Of a stretch of DNA of 64,000 nucleotides, positions 11,001 to 26,000 are shown in pieces. Below the pieces are notes generated by a model. It was not told where the DNA came from, did no database searches, and was given only the letters and a program-made list of their open reading frames with translations. The DNA is from Antedon mediterranea (taxonomy: Eukaryota; Animalia; Echinodermata), in assembly GCF_964355755.1 (NCBI RefSeq), contig NC_092673.1, positions 21,821,648 through 21,885,647 of the forward strand, read 5' to 3'. Every line of letters starts with the position of its first letter. Position 1 is the first letter of the stretch. The position numbers and the translations under genes were made by a program.

Positions 11001-14000
11001 CTTGACATGATTCGTCAACAAAAAAACAGCTTAGAGAAAGAGCTAGAGGAACTGATGAAAGTCCAAGCTCCTAAACCTCCAAGTTTTGAAGTCAAATCTG
11101 GATTCCGATCCATATCTAAGGAAAGCTCACAAAACAGCTTCCCCAATAGGAAACAGTCCACACTCAGTGGCAAAGGTTAAACAAATATTTTTATTTTTAA
11201 ATATTATTCATCATGATTTTAATTTATTTCTTTTCTATTTACACAGTCAACTGTGTGCTTAGTTCACTGTGCCGATAGACAACATAATTGAGGAGCACGG
11301 TTCACAATGCCGAAAACCTCATTGAAAATTGTAAAAGTTGTTGGCAGAACCGTGTTATTTATTTCTTGACAATTGAGTGAATTTCCAACATTCTACATCA
11401 TTTTCACTGTAGTTTATGTGATGAGACTATAACATAAAGAAATCTTAGTATTATGATCTTAGAATTTCACAGTTATAGAAGGGTCTTTAATATGTACTGT
11501 AGTACATAAAATATTTGGTAAAATTTAAAGTCTTTGAATTAGACATTTTTCCTACTAACCAATCAAATTGCCTCTACAGGTTCATCTGTTTCCGCTGAGC
11601 CTGTTGAAAGTTTTGATTTGCTGAGCAGTCAACAAGATCCATTTGTACCCCAGGAGACCATTCTGAGCAAATACAGTGTCATGATTTACACCTCTGCCAA
11701 TTCAAAACAAACGTTTCATGAGCTCAAGGATGGTAAATTCTGTTCAAGTTGTGGTGAAAAGGTATAGTATGAACAGACCATAGATGTAATATACTATATA
11801 CAGAGTCATTTAAATAGGCTATCGAAGTGATGCATACAGGGCAGAGACTTACAATGCCTGCTGTGTCTGTATTATTGGTATAATATGCAGCTAAATCGTC
11901 TTCATGGTGGCTCTCTTTTTGAGTTGTGATTATGTGAGAATTTGGAGTTACATAATGCATCAAAATTTGTTCCCCTTTCTGAGCACTATACTAACCGGTG
12001 TGTTTTTGTACGTACAAATACAGTTTTATTCAACTATCAATTATGTGTGAATTGTCCTATTCTTTTGATAACAATAAAAATCGTATTAGGTCATATTTTG
12101 CAATAATATAAAATGGACGAAGCTGAAAAAAATATTAAGGAGCTCCTCTAAGGGTCTGTTTATGCAGCATAGCGCTGAATATTTCAAGATAGATTTAAAA
12201 TATAATTTTATAATTATATCGACTGCATTTCTTCTCAATTTATGCTCCTACATAACCATTTAAATCAGTGTTTTGTCGTCGACGGAAATCGTTAAATTGG
12301 TAAATTCGGTCAGCTAAAAGTTGCACAGTAATAACCGGTAAAATGGCGTTCTAACACCGAATCGATTTGGTGTTTTTAATTGTTATTTTCAGGCTGCATT
12401 TAACCATTTAAAACAAATTTGTCCTGTTTCTGCTTCCAAGAAATTGTGGTTAAGAACCGTTTTTTGCAGCAGAAACAGGACCTAATTCTATTTATATTTA
12501 TAATCAGTTTCGTTTTTTCTTTTCAGACAGTGCTTTGCCCCCATAAAGTCAGTGATGAGATGATAATAACTTTACCACATAATTGTACTCACATCAAACT
12601 TGCAAGGCCAAAAATCAGACTGCCAGTTGAGGTGAAACAGAAGTAAGAACTTATACATTACTTGCCTTATACATTTATTTCTTTTTACATCTATTTACAT
12701 AAACATGAAGAGCTATAGGTCAATATGTTATACATTTTGAATTCAGCTTGTTGACTTGATTGAGTGACTAAAGTTCTGTCTACACTAGCAAACTTTATGT
12801 GACAAAAAAAATGTGATGTGCTCATATATGGAAATGATGATGTCATATCACTACCATATTTGGGTATATCACTACCATGTTCGGACACATCACATTTTTT
12901 TTGTCAACGTAGTTTGATAGTGTAGACAGACCTTAAGTCATGAATGAACTTGATAATTTTGTGTGGGACAAAGAGTTCTGTGTCGGGACAAATACTTTTT
13001 GATTTTTTTTTTGCTAGAATAGTAACCATCATAAGGTTTTGTTTCCCTTTTTTTGGAGGGTTGTATGAAAGCGAGCTTACCTTTTGCCTACCACTGAATC
13101 TGTCACAAAAGTATTTTATTGGTATTGTGTCCCTCCACCTTTGTCATGTTAATACTTATTTTAACTTGAAAATATTATTTTTCTAACATTTTACTAAATA
13201 ACTGTTAATACCTGGCCCATGGAGGTAAATTGCATGGCCTTTTGGTATTTCTCAAAATCTAATAAATTATTTTTAGTTTTTATTTAATATCCTTCAATCA
13301 CTTTTTTCTGCATTCCAATTTTTGATTGAAATAATTCAGAATTTTGAAATATAAAAGGTCTGTTAATTTAGTTGGAAGTAGCCTATGTATATTGACAAAC
13401 ATCTTCCATGGAATTGTAGCAGGCATGTATCGATGTTGTGGATGCTCTATCAGTAGAGCTTCAGTAATATTTGAAATGACAGGTGACAGATCAGCTGATC
13501 CAGCACTGGTTCTGCATAAATCGCAGAGGTAGTCGGAGATGCATTCAAAGTAGGCCTGTCCATATCTTTGTTTGACCTCTTCTGATGCAGATTTTTGGAC
13601 ACCATTTATTACGCTCTTGATTTTATCCTCAGTGAAAAGGTTTGTTGCAGCTAAAAAATGAAATTAATAAGTTTAGTAACTTTTTGTTTACGTTTTAGGT
13701 TAATTAAACATTCCACAATATTCAGTAACCTCATTCAATCAATCAATCAATCAAAGTAAACATTTATTTCCTTCAATTGCAAGAAAATATAAACATATAG
13801 AAACAATGAAAGGTTTAAAAAAGGAACAAATGACAAAAAAATGAAACGAACAAATCATTACTTTCATCCAATCATAAAAAAGAATGTCAATATTTCTATT
13901 TCGATTATAATTAAATCTGTATAATAAAAAATTGAAAGCAAAAGAAGGTGGCAACCTCCAAAAGGCAAGCCTGAGTGGGAGGAGCCATATATTAAGGTTT

Positions 14001-17000
14001 TTTCTTCAACACAACTCTAACCTCCACAGCAAGCTTTAATAAGCTATCCATCTAGGGATGTTGTTACACGAGGAAGCTGTTGATTTGTTATCACCTACGC
14101 ATATACTGTGTCATCCAAAGGAATTGAGTGAGGAAGCACGTATGACGTAACTAGGTTGTCGCAAATCAAACCTTCCCTACAGTGTAGTTCCTATGACTAC
14201 CAATCTCCGTTAATTTAAACAGTCTGAAGTTAATATATTAGGTACTATACACGGTAATAAAAGCAAACTGAATATTTAGAAATGCAATGTATATATCAAC
14301 ATTTTTGTTTGTTACTTACATCCAAAATTTCCTGGTTCAATAACTATTGCCTTTATACCCCATTTTCCAAGTTCCAATCGTAAAACATCCGTGAATGACT
14401 CAACACCATACTTTGATATACAGTATGGTGCGCTGAGAGGAAAACTAAACAGGCCACAACCACTGCCGATATTTACAACACGCCCTATAGATTGTAAAAA
14501 CAATAGTATAGTGTAGTGTAACAGTACATGATTATAATCAAAAGAAAAGAAAAAACATTTTAGTTTATGTCTACATGAAATCATGTTAAACATTTTTTAT
14601 GTCTCACCTTTACTCTGTTGTAGTAATGGTATTGTTGCCTTGGTAACCCGAACCATTCCCCATAGGTTTACCTCTGACACTCGTTTGATCAATTCAGTGT
14701 CAAGCCATTCAATCTCTCCTAGAATGTTGATCCCTGCATTATTAACCACACCCCATAACTCTACAAGACAAAAAACGACAAGTGTCAAGGTAACTCTTTT
14801 CATAATATTGTTAACTGTATGATTAATCTCCACCCCTAATATTAATATTATTATGAATCTGCGGCATGAATTTCTTTCTTGGTCAGATGCGTGCCCTACT
14901 CTGACATACTGTAATTTGTACTTTATACTAAATACATGAATACTTGCGAAAAAATTCAGGTGACTCTAACCTATCACCTCCATCACTAGCCTGGCGTTAT
15001 ACCTCTAGACCACCAAGCTTGTGCTGATGGCTAGGAGTTAGAATCGAGCCCAAGTAAGCAGCGGGTACTGCACCAACATGATTGACATTACGGCACCCTG
15101 ACGCAAAGCTTCTCCATAGTATAGTACAATTGTAAACCTAATTTTAAATGAAAGTAAAGCAATCCAATATTGCCTGAATGTGTAATCAATGTTTAATGAA
15201 CTTTTAGCATTACTAATTCCAGTTACCACCTGCTCCCCCTATAAATACTAAGTTCATCCACAACCTGTTCTATATCCATACACATCTTAACAATGGACTG
15301 CTTGTCAACTCATTTAGAATCTGGGCCACTGTCCTTTCTACCGTTGATTCAATTAACCCAGTAACCTATGACCTCTTTCAAATTAAAATTTCCCATCTCC
15401 TCTATTCTATCTTCACTAAAGTGAATAACCTTGGATAGGTTTTTACAATGGATTTTATAATTATATTCAGAGCTTCATATTCAACACAGTTATGTATTTA
15501 CTATTTTATGTTATGTCTTTAGGCACATGTGGCCAAGGATTACCAATAGTAAGTCAGTTACTGTCCTATCAGATAGGTGACAATAATCCCTGATACAGGG
15601 GCTATTTTGTGAACCAGTTCACCGGAGTAACCCCCTACTCATCTCGAATGATGAATGAACTGTGTACACTGGACCTACAATTTATAGTCCAACTTGTTCC
15701 ACCACCAGAACTAGGAGCGAACCCATGCCGATATTATTAGCTGTTTAGATATATGGTAAATGGCACCCCTGCCTTAACTACTCGGCCATTTGACTTGCTC
15801 TGAATTGAAAGAAATAAGTAATGATTGGTTGATTGAGAAAGGCACTTTTACAGGAGTAGTTGATGGGGATCCCTTTAAAATTTTCCCACGTCCACTGTTG
15901 AATTCCCTTGGATAGGTCTCCCAAGTTTTTACACAAGATTATTTTATTGTACTATATTCAGAGCTTATAAGCTTTCATCCAACACTTAGTCCATGCTGTA
16001 TTGTCAACCAGGAATATAAGTTGAAGTTATACAAATAAGTCAAATTACATTGTTATAAATTGATTCCCGACAAGGTTATTCTGCTCAGTGTTCCTCAGTA
16101 AAATTACTCTTTGTGACTGTAGACACTATACTTGTGAAATGACACTAGGTTTATTACTACTAATAATAATAAATTAATTTTAAGGATATTTTAATAGCTG
16201 AAATTTTAATTTATTTTAAATTTAATTTAAAATTTAACAATGCTAAAATAATATGTTAAGAAGCTCTCTACTTAATCATGTTTTTTTGTGAAATGCTGTT
16301 TTTTCACTATCATCATCACTATGATTTTGTGGAGTGTCACTAATGACTTTGACATATACTTATTACATTTTAAAAACAGATAAAAGTTGAGCTACTGTAC
16401 ACAACAGAATTATTCAAAGTATTCATTTTTGTACAAGCAAAATTATTGGTAGATATCTAGAAATTGTCTGCATTAATCTATCTTTCTTGATTGTATATAA
16501 TTGTTGTTTTTGTTCCTCCTCCACCCCCTTCTTCACCCAACACCAATTCTATTCATCTATCTAGCTATACATATTATATATATGATTTTATTTTGGTTTC
16601 TTTTTGTAATTTCTGTGATTTACTCTCTCGCCACTCTGTCATGTTGAATTAGTTTTGTGGTTGAATATCAGCTTGTTGGTTAATCATCAGGGTTTAGTAA
16701 GTTCTGTTGGTCTGTCCACCATCATTAGCATCTTAAACACTCACACGCCAACACTTGTCATGCTTTATCAACAATAGAATACACCATACACCCGCTATCC
16801 TTGCGAACCTTAATTCTCTCTCCCATTGCAGCACAGGCAGGAAAAGCTTGCTTAATGATTGATTAAGTGCGGTGCTGTTGGTTCCTGCTCGCTACCACAC
16901 ACCCTTCAAGGTTACTCGTCGCAATGTCTTAGTCGGTAACGTAAAAAATACATAATTAACACTATAGTTCGTGAAGAAAAGCATATGTCGTATGTAACTG

Positions 17001-20000
17001 GCCTAAATCAAATTAACTAATCGCAACACTGTATTTTTAGTTGAAGTGTCAAACATACAGGAAAAGGTCAGATACATATATTGTTTTCAATACAACATGT
17101 CTTGTGGAAATTAAGATTACAATAAAATGAATATCATTGTAATGTATAAAATAGAACCCCCATTTAGGGGACACCCCCTCCCCCTCCCCCATCCTTTTAA
17201 TAATAATAATAGGGGTGTCACTTTAATAGGGGTTAGCCATAGTGTTAAAACATATTTCCACTTGTTCGTCACATGAAATTGTCCCTTACATAGAGATGTC
17301 CCCTGAATAGGGGTGTCTCAAAGGAGGGGTTGTACTGTATATATTTTAAAACATTTTTTAAAAAGGTGTCCCATTCACAGTTTAGTTTTCAATTGAAAAG
17401 TTCATGCAAGGTGATTTCTAACGAATTGATTAACCCTAATTGAAAAGTCCAATCAAATTAAATATAATTAGGAACCATTCATGATTATGTCATCATCAAC
17501 TGACCACTAACAAAATTCATGGTCACCTTAAACATGATTATATTTTGTTTTTAACTTAAAATGGCATTCATTTTTTATTTGTTACTAAACAATTATGTTA
17601 TGTTACACTGCGGGATAATGGTCGTGGAGATGTTAATTATGATTATGATAATGGTGATATTGATAATATTTGTAAATTGGAAAAAATCATATAACTTACC
17701 TTTTCCATTACTTTCCAAACTTTCTCTTACTATTTCAACGGCCTTGGTAACCTCATCCTCATTTGTGACGTCCATTTGTAAAATGTCAAGTCTCTCTGGA
17801 AATTCTTCCGCTAACTTAGTTGCCCCCTCACAGCCTTTGTTAAGGCATCCAGCATACACATGAAGCCCAAGTAAGTGCATGTGTCTTACTAGCAAGTTCC
17901 CAATTCCTGTGTCGCATCCCGTAATCAAGACGGCTTTCCCAGTTGACGGCAGCATTTTTCCCGGCGGTAAACATAGCAAAGCCTGAATGATAACAACTGC
18001 TAAGAGAATTATTGTTATTATGCTACTAATAACACCAAGTAGGTTTAGGCTTATCACACCAGCAAGCATCGCAAGTAAAGTTTTGGTCATTCTGGTCTGA
18101 GTCTCCTTCAGCATATGATCTTTATTGAATATTCTGTTTGGTTTTATGAACGTCAGCCACCAACCCTTGCAGCCCCCGAGCTACACTGACAACCTTTTTG
18201 TTTTTAAGGTAATTGAACTGATGGCACGAAAATATGGGTTGAGTGACCTTTAAGAATGTTGAACTTATGGTGATTCAGAATTGTTCGGTTTTCTGCTCAC
18301 TACTGTTGACTGCTTTATGCGATATATAACCTTCCGCCAGACAAAACACGAATGGAATTATTTATACGTCATCTAGATTACTAGTATCTATACAATTACT
18401 ACCTATTGTTATGCTAAAAAGTTTATAATTAAATTGAGCTTTTTCAATACCGTAAACTGCAAGTAGATTTTTGGCAACCGCCACCTGTTCTGGTAGTTTG
18501 CCAGTACAAGGTTTTTGGTGCGAATCCTATAAATAATCCTTTTATCACATTAATTTTAGTTGTCAAGGTTGAATATGATATTCATTTCCTGACCATGTGA
18601 AATCACCGTCAATTTTTGTTGTGTTATTGATATTTCTATTTTACATTTATGATTTAATTTTATTTATTTTATATATTTATTAAATGGTGATAGTTCATTA
18701 ATGATATCTATGATTTTAATTCTATTGATTGTTAATCAAAAAGTGCAGACAAATAATATTTGTTTATATTTAAATATTTTTAATTAACATAGACTTGAAC
18801 TTGTCAACTGGACAAATAACTAATGAAATCTGATCTAAGTAACTTGTATAATATACAGTAGAGTGCATTGAACAATCGAAATAAACCTGCCTACCTGATA
18901 ACAAAAGTCATCACCTCAGGTTCCCTTAATGTCTTTCAACTGCCACCAAACGGTGCACATTTTTCTGTCTGACAGGGTCTCTGATGAACCCACAATACGG
19001 GGTAACCTCATGTACTTCCAAAAGATGCAATGGGTTTGTTAAAATGCACATGAGCAAGATGTGTACAGTAGACCTCTAGTCCTTATCGGAAAAGATTTGT
19101 GAACCTGTTTGTGGTTATAAGTTGAGGTGCCCTGGCTTAACCAGTTGGTAACTGGACTTGACACAATTTGAGACATTTTTTTTTCGACATTGGATGGACT
19201 TACATTAGAATCATCAATGCACTTATTTATTTTTCATCTACAGATTGAAAACAAAGCTTGAATCTGTCACATCTACCAAGGTTGAGTCCGAGACTAAGCC
19301 AGCCTACACTATCCTCAGCCGTCAATCCATGACCAACTTAGCAGTGTCAACCCATTTCTTCCATGAGGATTCCATCACTCCTGGCAAAGTAGACACGGCA
19401 GCTATTGGTACAGTGTCTGTTGAGAATCCTGTTGATGGAAAGCCTGCCATTTTAGGTGGCATGCAGGAACAGCAGGTATGAACTTTTTTTCTTGTTATCA
19501 ATATTGTAATTAGTATTAATAAATTAATGAGTATTAAATGAGTAAATTATATCTGCATAGAATATTATATCTGCTATATGTCATTCACCTTTAATACCTG
19601 CAAATATTATTTATAGATACTTTTATCATTATGTTAATATTTGTTTTAATATTATAATTATATATAAACCTCCCAAACACTGTAAGTAAATCCGTATAAT
19701 TATATTAGATTGTACAGAGTTCAAGTATTTAAAAATATTGTCTGTTTGACATGAGATCCGAAGAAAATTGTTTTAAAATTACAAGATCAAAACTATTACC
19801 GCAGATACTGTATTAATACTTATCTTTGATTGATTTGATCTAATTATTTATTCCGCATTTATTTTGTGTTCTTATTTTCCCATTTGTTTTTAAATTGTTC
19901 ACATTCAGTAACAACATTTCCCCTTTTCATCAGTTTTGACTTTCATAATTTATAACTAAAATGATTTAAACTGCAACGAACCTTACACCTGTTGTATCTT

Positions 20001-23000
20001 CTCCTTTGAAATCCTGGATCTGTTCCCCGGTGGTCCAGTCAATGACAGGAATAGAGCAATTCCCCCGTCCAGCCAATGACAGTAATGCCATATGTTGCAA
20101 CATATGACCCTGTTTTTATCTGATGTAGCTTATAGCCAAGGTTCAATCATCTACAAACATAGAAATATTTATACAGTTTATATGACACACTTTGTGTATT
20201 GTTAACTTTAATCTTATTGTTAAAGTAATCTATTGTTTAGGTTAATCCATTTGTATGATAATCCTATGTAGAATGTTAATCCTATTTGAAACCCACATAC
20301 CAATATTGTTTAATTGTTTTGATTTGTTTCTCTAGGGTAACTGGTTAACGGTAAGTAAGTTTGTATTCTAGGTGTGCATGCTGTCTGTTATTCTTTTTTT
20401 TTTCTGTTTTTTACATATACACACATTATGATGTACTGTTTGATATCTACTCTAGTCTCACCGTTTTCATCCATTCGTTTTGTACGTAATATATTATCAT
20501 GTCATAATTTAATACGTTATTCAATGAAATGTTCCTTTTCACAACTTTAATATATGACAATATTGATTGTTAACAAGTCATTTAGTGCAAGATAACACAT
20601 TAGTATCATTTTTGAAATTAATTTTTCAGTTGAATTATTTTATACCTAAATTTTGATTGATTGTGCCCGCCTAGTGTCTGTGCATAGCATGTCAGTAATA
20701 TTTTCTGTACTACTAGCATGACCACTACTATTATACTACTACCACTAATTTGAACACGTCTTTTTAGCGTGTTGTAGGGGCTGAGGTCAACCCCTGAAAA
20801 CCTTTCAGTTATACATACAGTTAAACTCCATATTCTACCATAGTTCATAATCCTAAGTTGTGTTTTTCTTTTGCATTATGAATTTTATGATTTAGCCATT
20901 CATCAGCAATTCAATAGTTAGGACTCAGCTTGTCGGTGTTTGGGTTGGGAACAAGTGAAAATTGAACAGCTTTCATCCGCAATTCAATAGTTAGGAGCTG
21001 TCGGTGTTTGGGGTGGGAATAAGTGAAAGTTGAACATCTTTCATCAGCAATTCAATAGTTAGGACTCCTGACGGTGTTTGGGGTGGGAACAAGGGAAAGT
21101 TGAACAGCTTTCATCCGCAATTTCAATAGTTAGGAGCTGACGATGTTTGGAGGTGGGAAGAAGTGAATGTTGAACAGCTTTCATCAGCAATTCAATAGTT
21201 AGGAGCTGACGATGTTTGGGGTGGGAACAAGTGAGTCATCAGCAATTCAATAGTTAGGACTCCTGACGGTGTTTGGGGTGGGAACAAGTGAAAGTTGAAA
21301 CAGGTTCAAATCAAAATGAATCTGTTAAACAGGAAATGGGAGCTTATCCGTGCCAATTCCTCTTGGATCAGACAATTCTTTTTTCCGTCATGAACATTGA
21401 AACATTTCAACAAAGTTTAGGTTATCCGCAAGCATAATATTCTAATACATTATTATCTCTGTTTCCTTGTTTGTTGTGTGTCACAATCAGTCTATAATTT
21501 ACAAATTAGTACTGAACTTGGAAACAGGCCTAATCTTATTGCTTTCAGAATTTTACTTGTATTAAAACCAATAACAAAAATAATATTTTATACTGTAATA
21601 CATCTAGTTTTACTTATATAGTTCTTTATATTATTATTATTATTTATTTATTAATTTTAAATGCAAATCATTGCTTTGTTTATCTATAGATTTGTTTATC
21701 CACACCATTTATAAAGCATTAATTTTTAATAATTAATATTTAAAAAAATAAAATGTCATGACAACAATTTCCATCTATTGCATCTTATATCAGGATTTAA
21801 TCGTTTGTAACTACTATGGAGTAGCTTTGCGTCAGGGTGCTGAGTAATTGGTCAGATATTTGCCCTACTCTGACGTAATTTGTACTTTATACTAAGTAAA
21901 TTGAGTAATTCTCAGGTGGGACTCAAACCTACGACCTCCAGATCACTAGCCTAGCGTTCATACCTCTAGACCACCAAACTTGCACTGTAGATTCCTAAGA
22001 GCCCAAGTAAGCAGCAGGCACTGCACCAACAGGATTTAATTGTTTTTAACTGCTTTATAGTAGGGCAAACATCTGACCAATTGTATCCCTTTCACATCGC
22101 CTAGACAACATACAAATGTTGGGGTTGATGCCCTGACTGTGTGTATAACTCCAGTGGCCGTATTCACCATTCACACTTGGGCTAAGGGAAATACTTAACC
22201 TTCAAATTAAAACAATCTCCTATCTAAGTGAATACAATTTACAGGAAATACTTAAATATTTATTGCGTTAAGTCATGGAGTAACTTATTTGATAAAATAC
22301 TTGATATTTAAGGGAAATATCTCACTTAAGTGTGATTGTTGAATACAGCCACTTTTCTAAATGTGAAAGGGTATTTTTAATTCAATGCAATGTACTCTTG
22401 ATTTTTTTTTTTTTTTTCTGTAATTTTAGGTAAATTCATTTATGAAACTTTGGGATGATTACAAAACTAGAACATCATTGCTTCGTGAAATCCCACGTCC
22501 CATGAAACTTGTAAGTAAGCACCAGTTTTCCTTTTAAATAAAAATACTGTACTATGTAGATGATGGTACTGATATGATATAAAACAAGACAACATTATTT
22601 AATTAATATTTCAAAATTGTTTTATAATATTTATTCATGATGACTTAAGTCTCACTTTGTCTTATACTATAGAATATGTAAATGTCATAATAGATTTACC
22701 TTAAACCCAGAACTGTGAATTAGTCCTAAAATATGGTAGGGTAGTCACAGAATATGATCAGTATACACCTTGGTCCTTCATTATACTGTACGTGTATCGT
22801 GTACATATGACCAATGGCTTCTTAATGTTAATCAATTCTTTCATTTGTACTATTTTCAACTTGATTTTTTACAGACTTGGCTTTTTATATTTTATTATTA
22901 TGTATTCTTCATTGATAATATTGTATTAATTAAATTATAATATAAGAATTTGTACCTTATTACTATTGATTTTAAATCTGAAGGATAGAGTTAATGACAC

Positions 23001-26000
23001 TGACAGCACGTTCTAGTACAAAAATAATTAATATTATAATAACGATTTTAGATCTGAAGGATAGAGTTAATGACACTGACAGCACGTTCTAATACAAAAA
23101 TAATTAATATTATAACAACTTTAAACATGATAGCTTGTTTTATCGTTTTTTTGTGTTATTCTATAAGATCATTTAGTCAAATTCTTATGGAATATTCTTC
23201 CACAATCAATCAAGAATGGCAATTCTATTGACATCTTCAAACAATTGCTGAAAACCCATCTCTTTCGCATAGCATATGAAATGACGTAATTTCCACCTTG
23301 TTTCGAGCCTTGTGGTCGTAGCGCTTTAGAGAAAATTTATTTTGGTTAAGCGCTATACAAAAGACAATTATTGTTATTATTATTTGTTTTAGGACCACAC
23401 CTTATCCATTGTTGCACAGTATTATGCAGATGTCCTATGGCACGATGAGAATTCTGATGAACAAAGTGAAAAGGTCTCTATCATTGTAAGTTTCCTTAGC
23501 GACTAGATTTATAGAGGAAGATTATTTTGTGGGTGGTGGTGGGGTTAGGTTATAAGAAGTGGGTGATGAGAAGTTTGTTTACCGATTAAGAAAAAGGCAG
23601 ACGTAATCCTGATGTATGTAGAGTTTAAAATGAAGACATTTGAATTCATTTGTTGCGTGGGGGAGAGGGTTAAGCATCATGGCCACAAGCCATATTTATA
23701 GTTTGATGCCGTGTCTTTCCATTCCCTTAAAATGTCAGTGGCATGAACAATTACAAAAAAAGGCAACATTGACAACAATTAATTACCATATGCCTACTAA
23801 TATTAATTGAGTGATAAAAATAAATAAATAAAATCCCATACAATCAATATAAAATGGAAAATCACACTAAATCATAATTATTTGAAAGTTTATATTTAGA
23901 AATATTAAAAATAAAACTATAAATAAAATTAATATACTAAGGCAACATTGACAAGAATTAATTACCATGCCTACTAATATTTATTGGGTGATCACTTTAT
24001 TTGAGAATAAAAATTTCATCACACTAAATCATATTTATTTGCAAGTTTAATATATTTAGAAATATTAAAAATAAAACTATAAAATTACTATAAAAGGCAA
24101 TATTGACAAGAATTAATTACCATATGCCTACTAATATTGATTGATTGATCATGCAAGTTTAATATATTTAGAAGTATTAAAAATAAAACTATAGAGGGCA
24201 GTATGTACAAAAATCATATGGCCGCTAAAAAATTTGATTTAAAGCAAAATATTATATTTTATTCTATAAATTTGATTAATTTTGTTTTAATTTAGGAGGG
24301 GTTGTACGATTTTATGTTTGATCGATATCTTACGAATGACGTAACATTTCTTGTCATGCATGATTTCATTTCTTCTCTGATTGATAATGCTGTTGTCAAC
24401 AAGGTAATGTTTTTCTTATTTTTACTTTTGGACTACTAACCATCTTTCTCAGAACACGCTTTGTTAACTTGCAAATATCTTTACTTATATTATTATGACG
24501 TTGGGTATGCCTCACTCAAGAGACTTTATGCAACACTACGATAACGAAAACAGATACATTGCACAAACATATTCGTTTTTGTAAGCCAGTAAAAATCTGT
24601 TTCGCATGGAAACAAAATATTGAGGGTGCCGTTCAAAATATGACTGCTGTAAATTTGAACAAAGCAGAGGCCTAGCGTAACATAGAGTGAATGAGGAATG
24701 CGAATACGATTTGATTATTTTCACACAGAATATAGGGACACTAAAGGGACATCCACTTTCAATTATAATATTTTTTAATATATTTAATATCTTTAATATA
24801 TTTTATTATAACTTAAATTTGATTATTTTCACACAGCATGTACAAATATTTTCCCACATCTTGGTTGGTAATCTTGATGGCGCTGTCTTCCGCTATTTAT
24901 TACTGATAGCTGATTTGATTGACAGAGTTGATTGGCGTTATGTTGAAGATTTCAAAGGGTTCATAGCAAATATTTACCCATTTCTTAATGTAAGCTAACA
25001 GTTTAACTTATTCACGTCCACATGGTGGTAGTTGACTGTAACTCGTCGACAGATACTGTATGTGAACATTTAGATTAAGTCAGGGGTCCCAAATTTAAAA
25101 AGTCATGGTATGGTGGCGCTATTGCTCCCAAACTCTTCCCACCACTAGACTTGGGAGGTCTGTTAAGTGGACATTATGTTGACGTGCCAGTGAACGTATG
25201 ACATAATTAACTTGGTATCTGACTTTGTAATCTCTATAATAGCTCGTCTGTGGTGCTAGTACACAGGCTTAGGTGAGGCTAGATCCTTAATTTTCTGAAT
25301 GAAGGCTGGCATCCTAGTGATAAGACCCAGGCCATAACCTGTATTATTAAAGCTTTATTAAATATATGTTCAGTCTAAATAATTACATTACACAATTGAA
25401 TGTTATTTAATTAATTTACATTTGAATTTTTTTGTTCTTAGGAAGACGACATTGACCAATTACATTTGGCATATACATCATTTAGCGAGAATAAGATCAG
25501 AAAGGATTTGGTTTATGAATTTTTCCTTTACATTGTACTGAAGTACAGAGAACCACAATTTCATGAGGTAATACATGCACATTTTTAATGCATCATCATT
25601 TATCCTAATAGAAATAAAGTTGATATTTGTGTGGATTAGTAATTTAAAATTTTCATAATTCTATAATTAAATTATCACTTGACTGTTAAACTTAATTTGA
25701 CCCTAATAAATTGTTATTAAAATAAGTTACATTTGTCCAAAACAACATACAAGTACACCCACATTTATACCCACACCAAATCACAAACAATTACTGTCTG
25801 ATTTTAATCTCTGGTTTTTAATGAAATCTAATGTAGTTAAGCCTTATTTGGTTTTTGCATTGAATCAATCATTTTCAGGGTGTTTTAATCTGCCTTAGTA
25901 TCCCAAATACCATGTTAACTTGTGATTGAAGAATTTTTTTTGAAATTGGAAATGACATTTTAATTTGTGGTGCACCAGAGATAAACCGCCGGCAAAACTC

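Noticed and set aside
20898-21300. Possible repeat-spacer array
   Set aside because: The whole ~70-bp unit is repeated, so it is an ordinary minisatellite.
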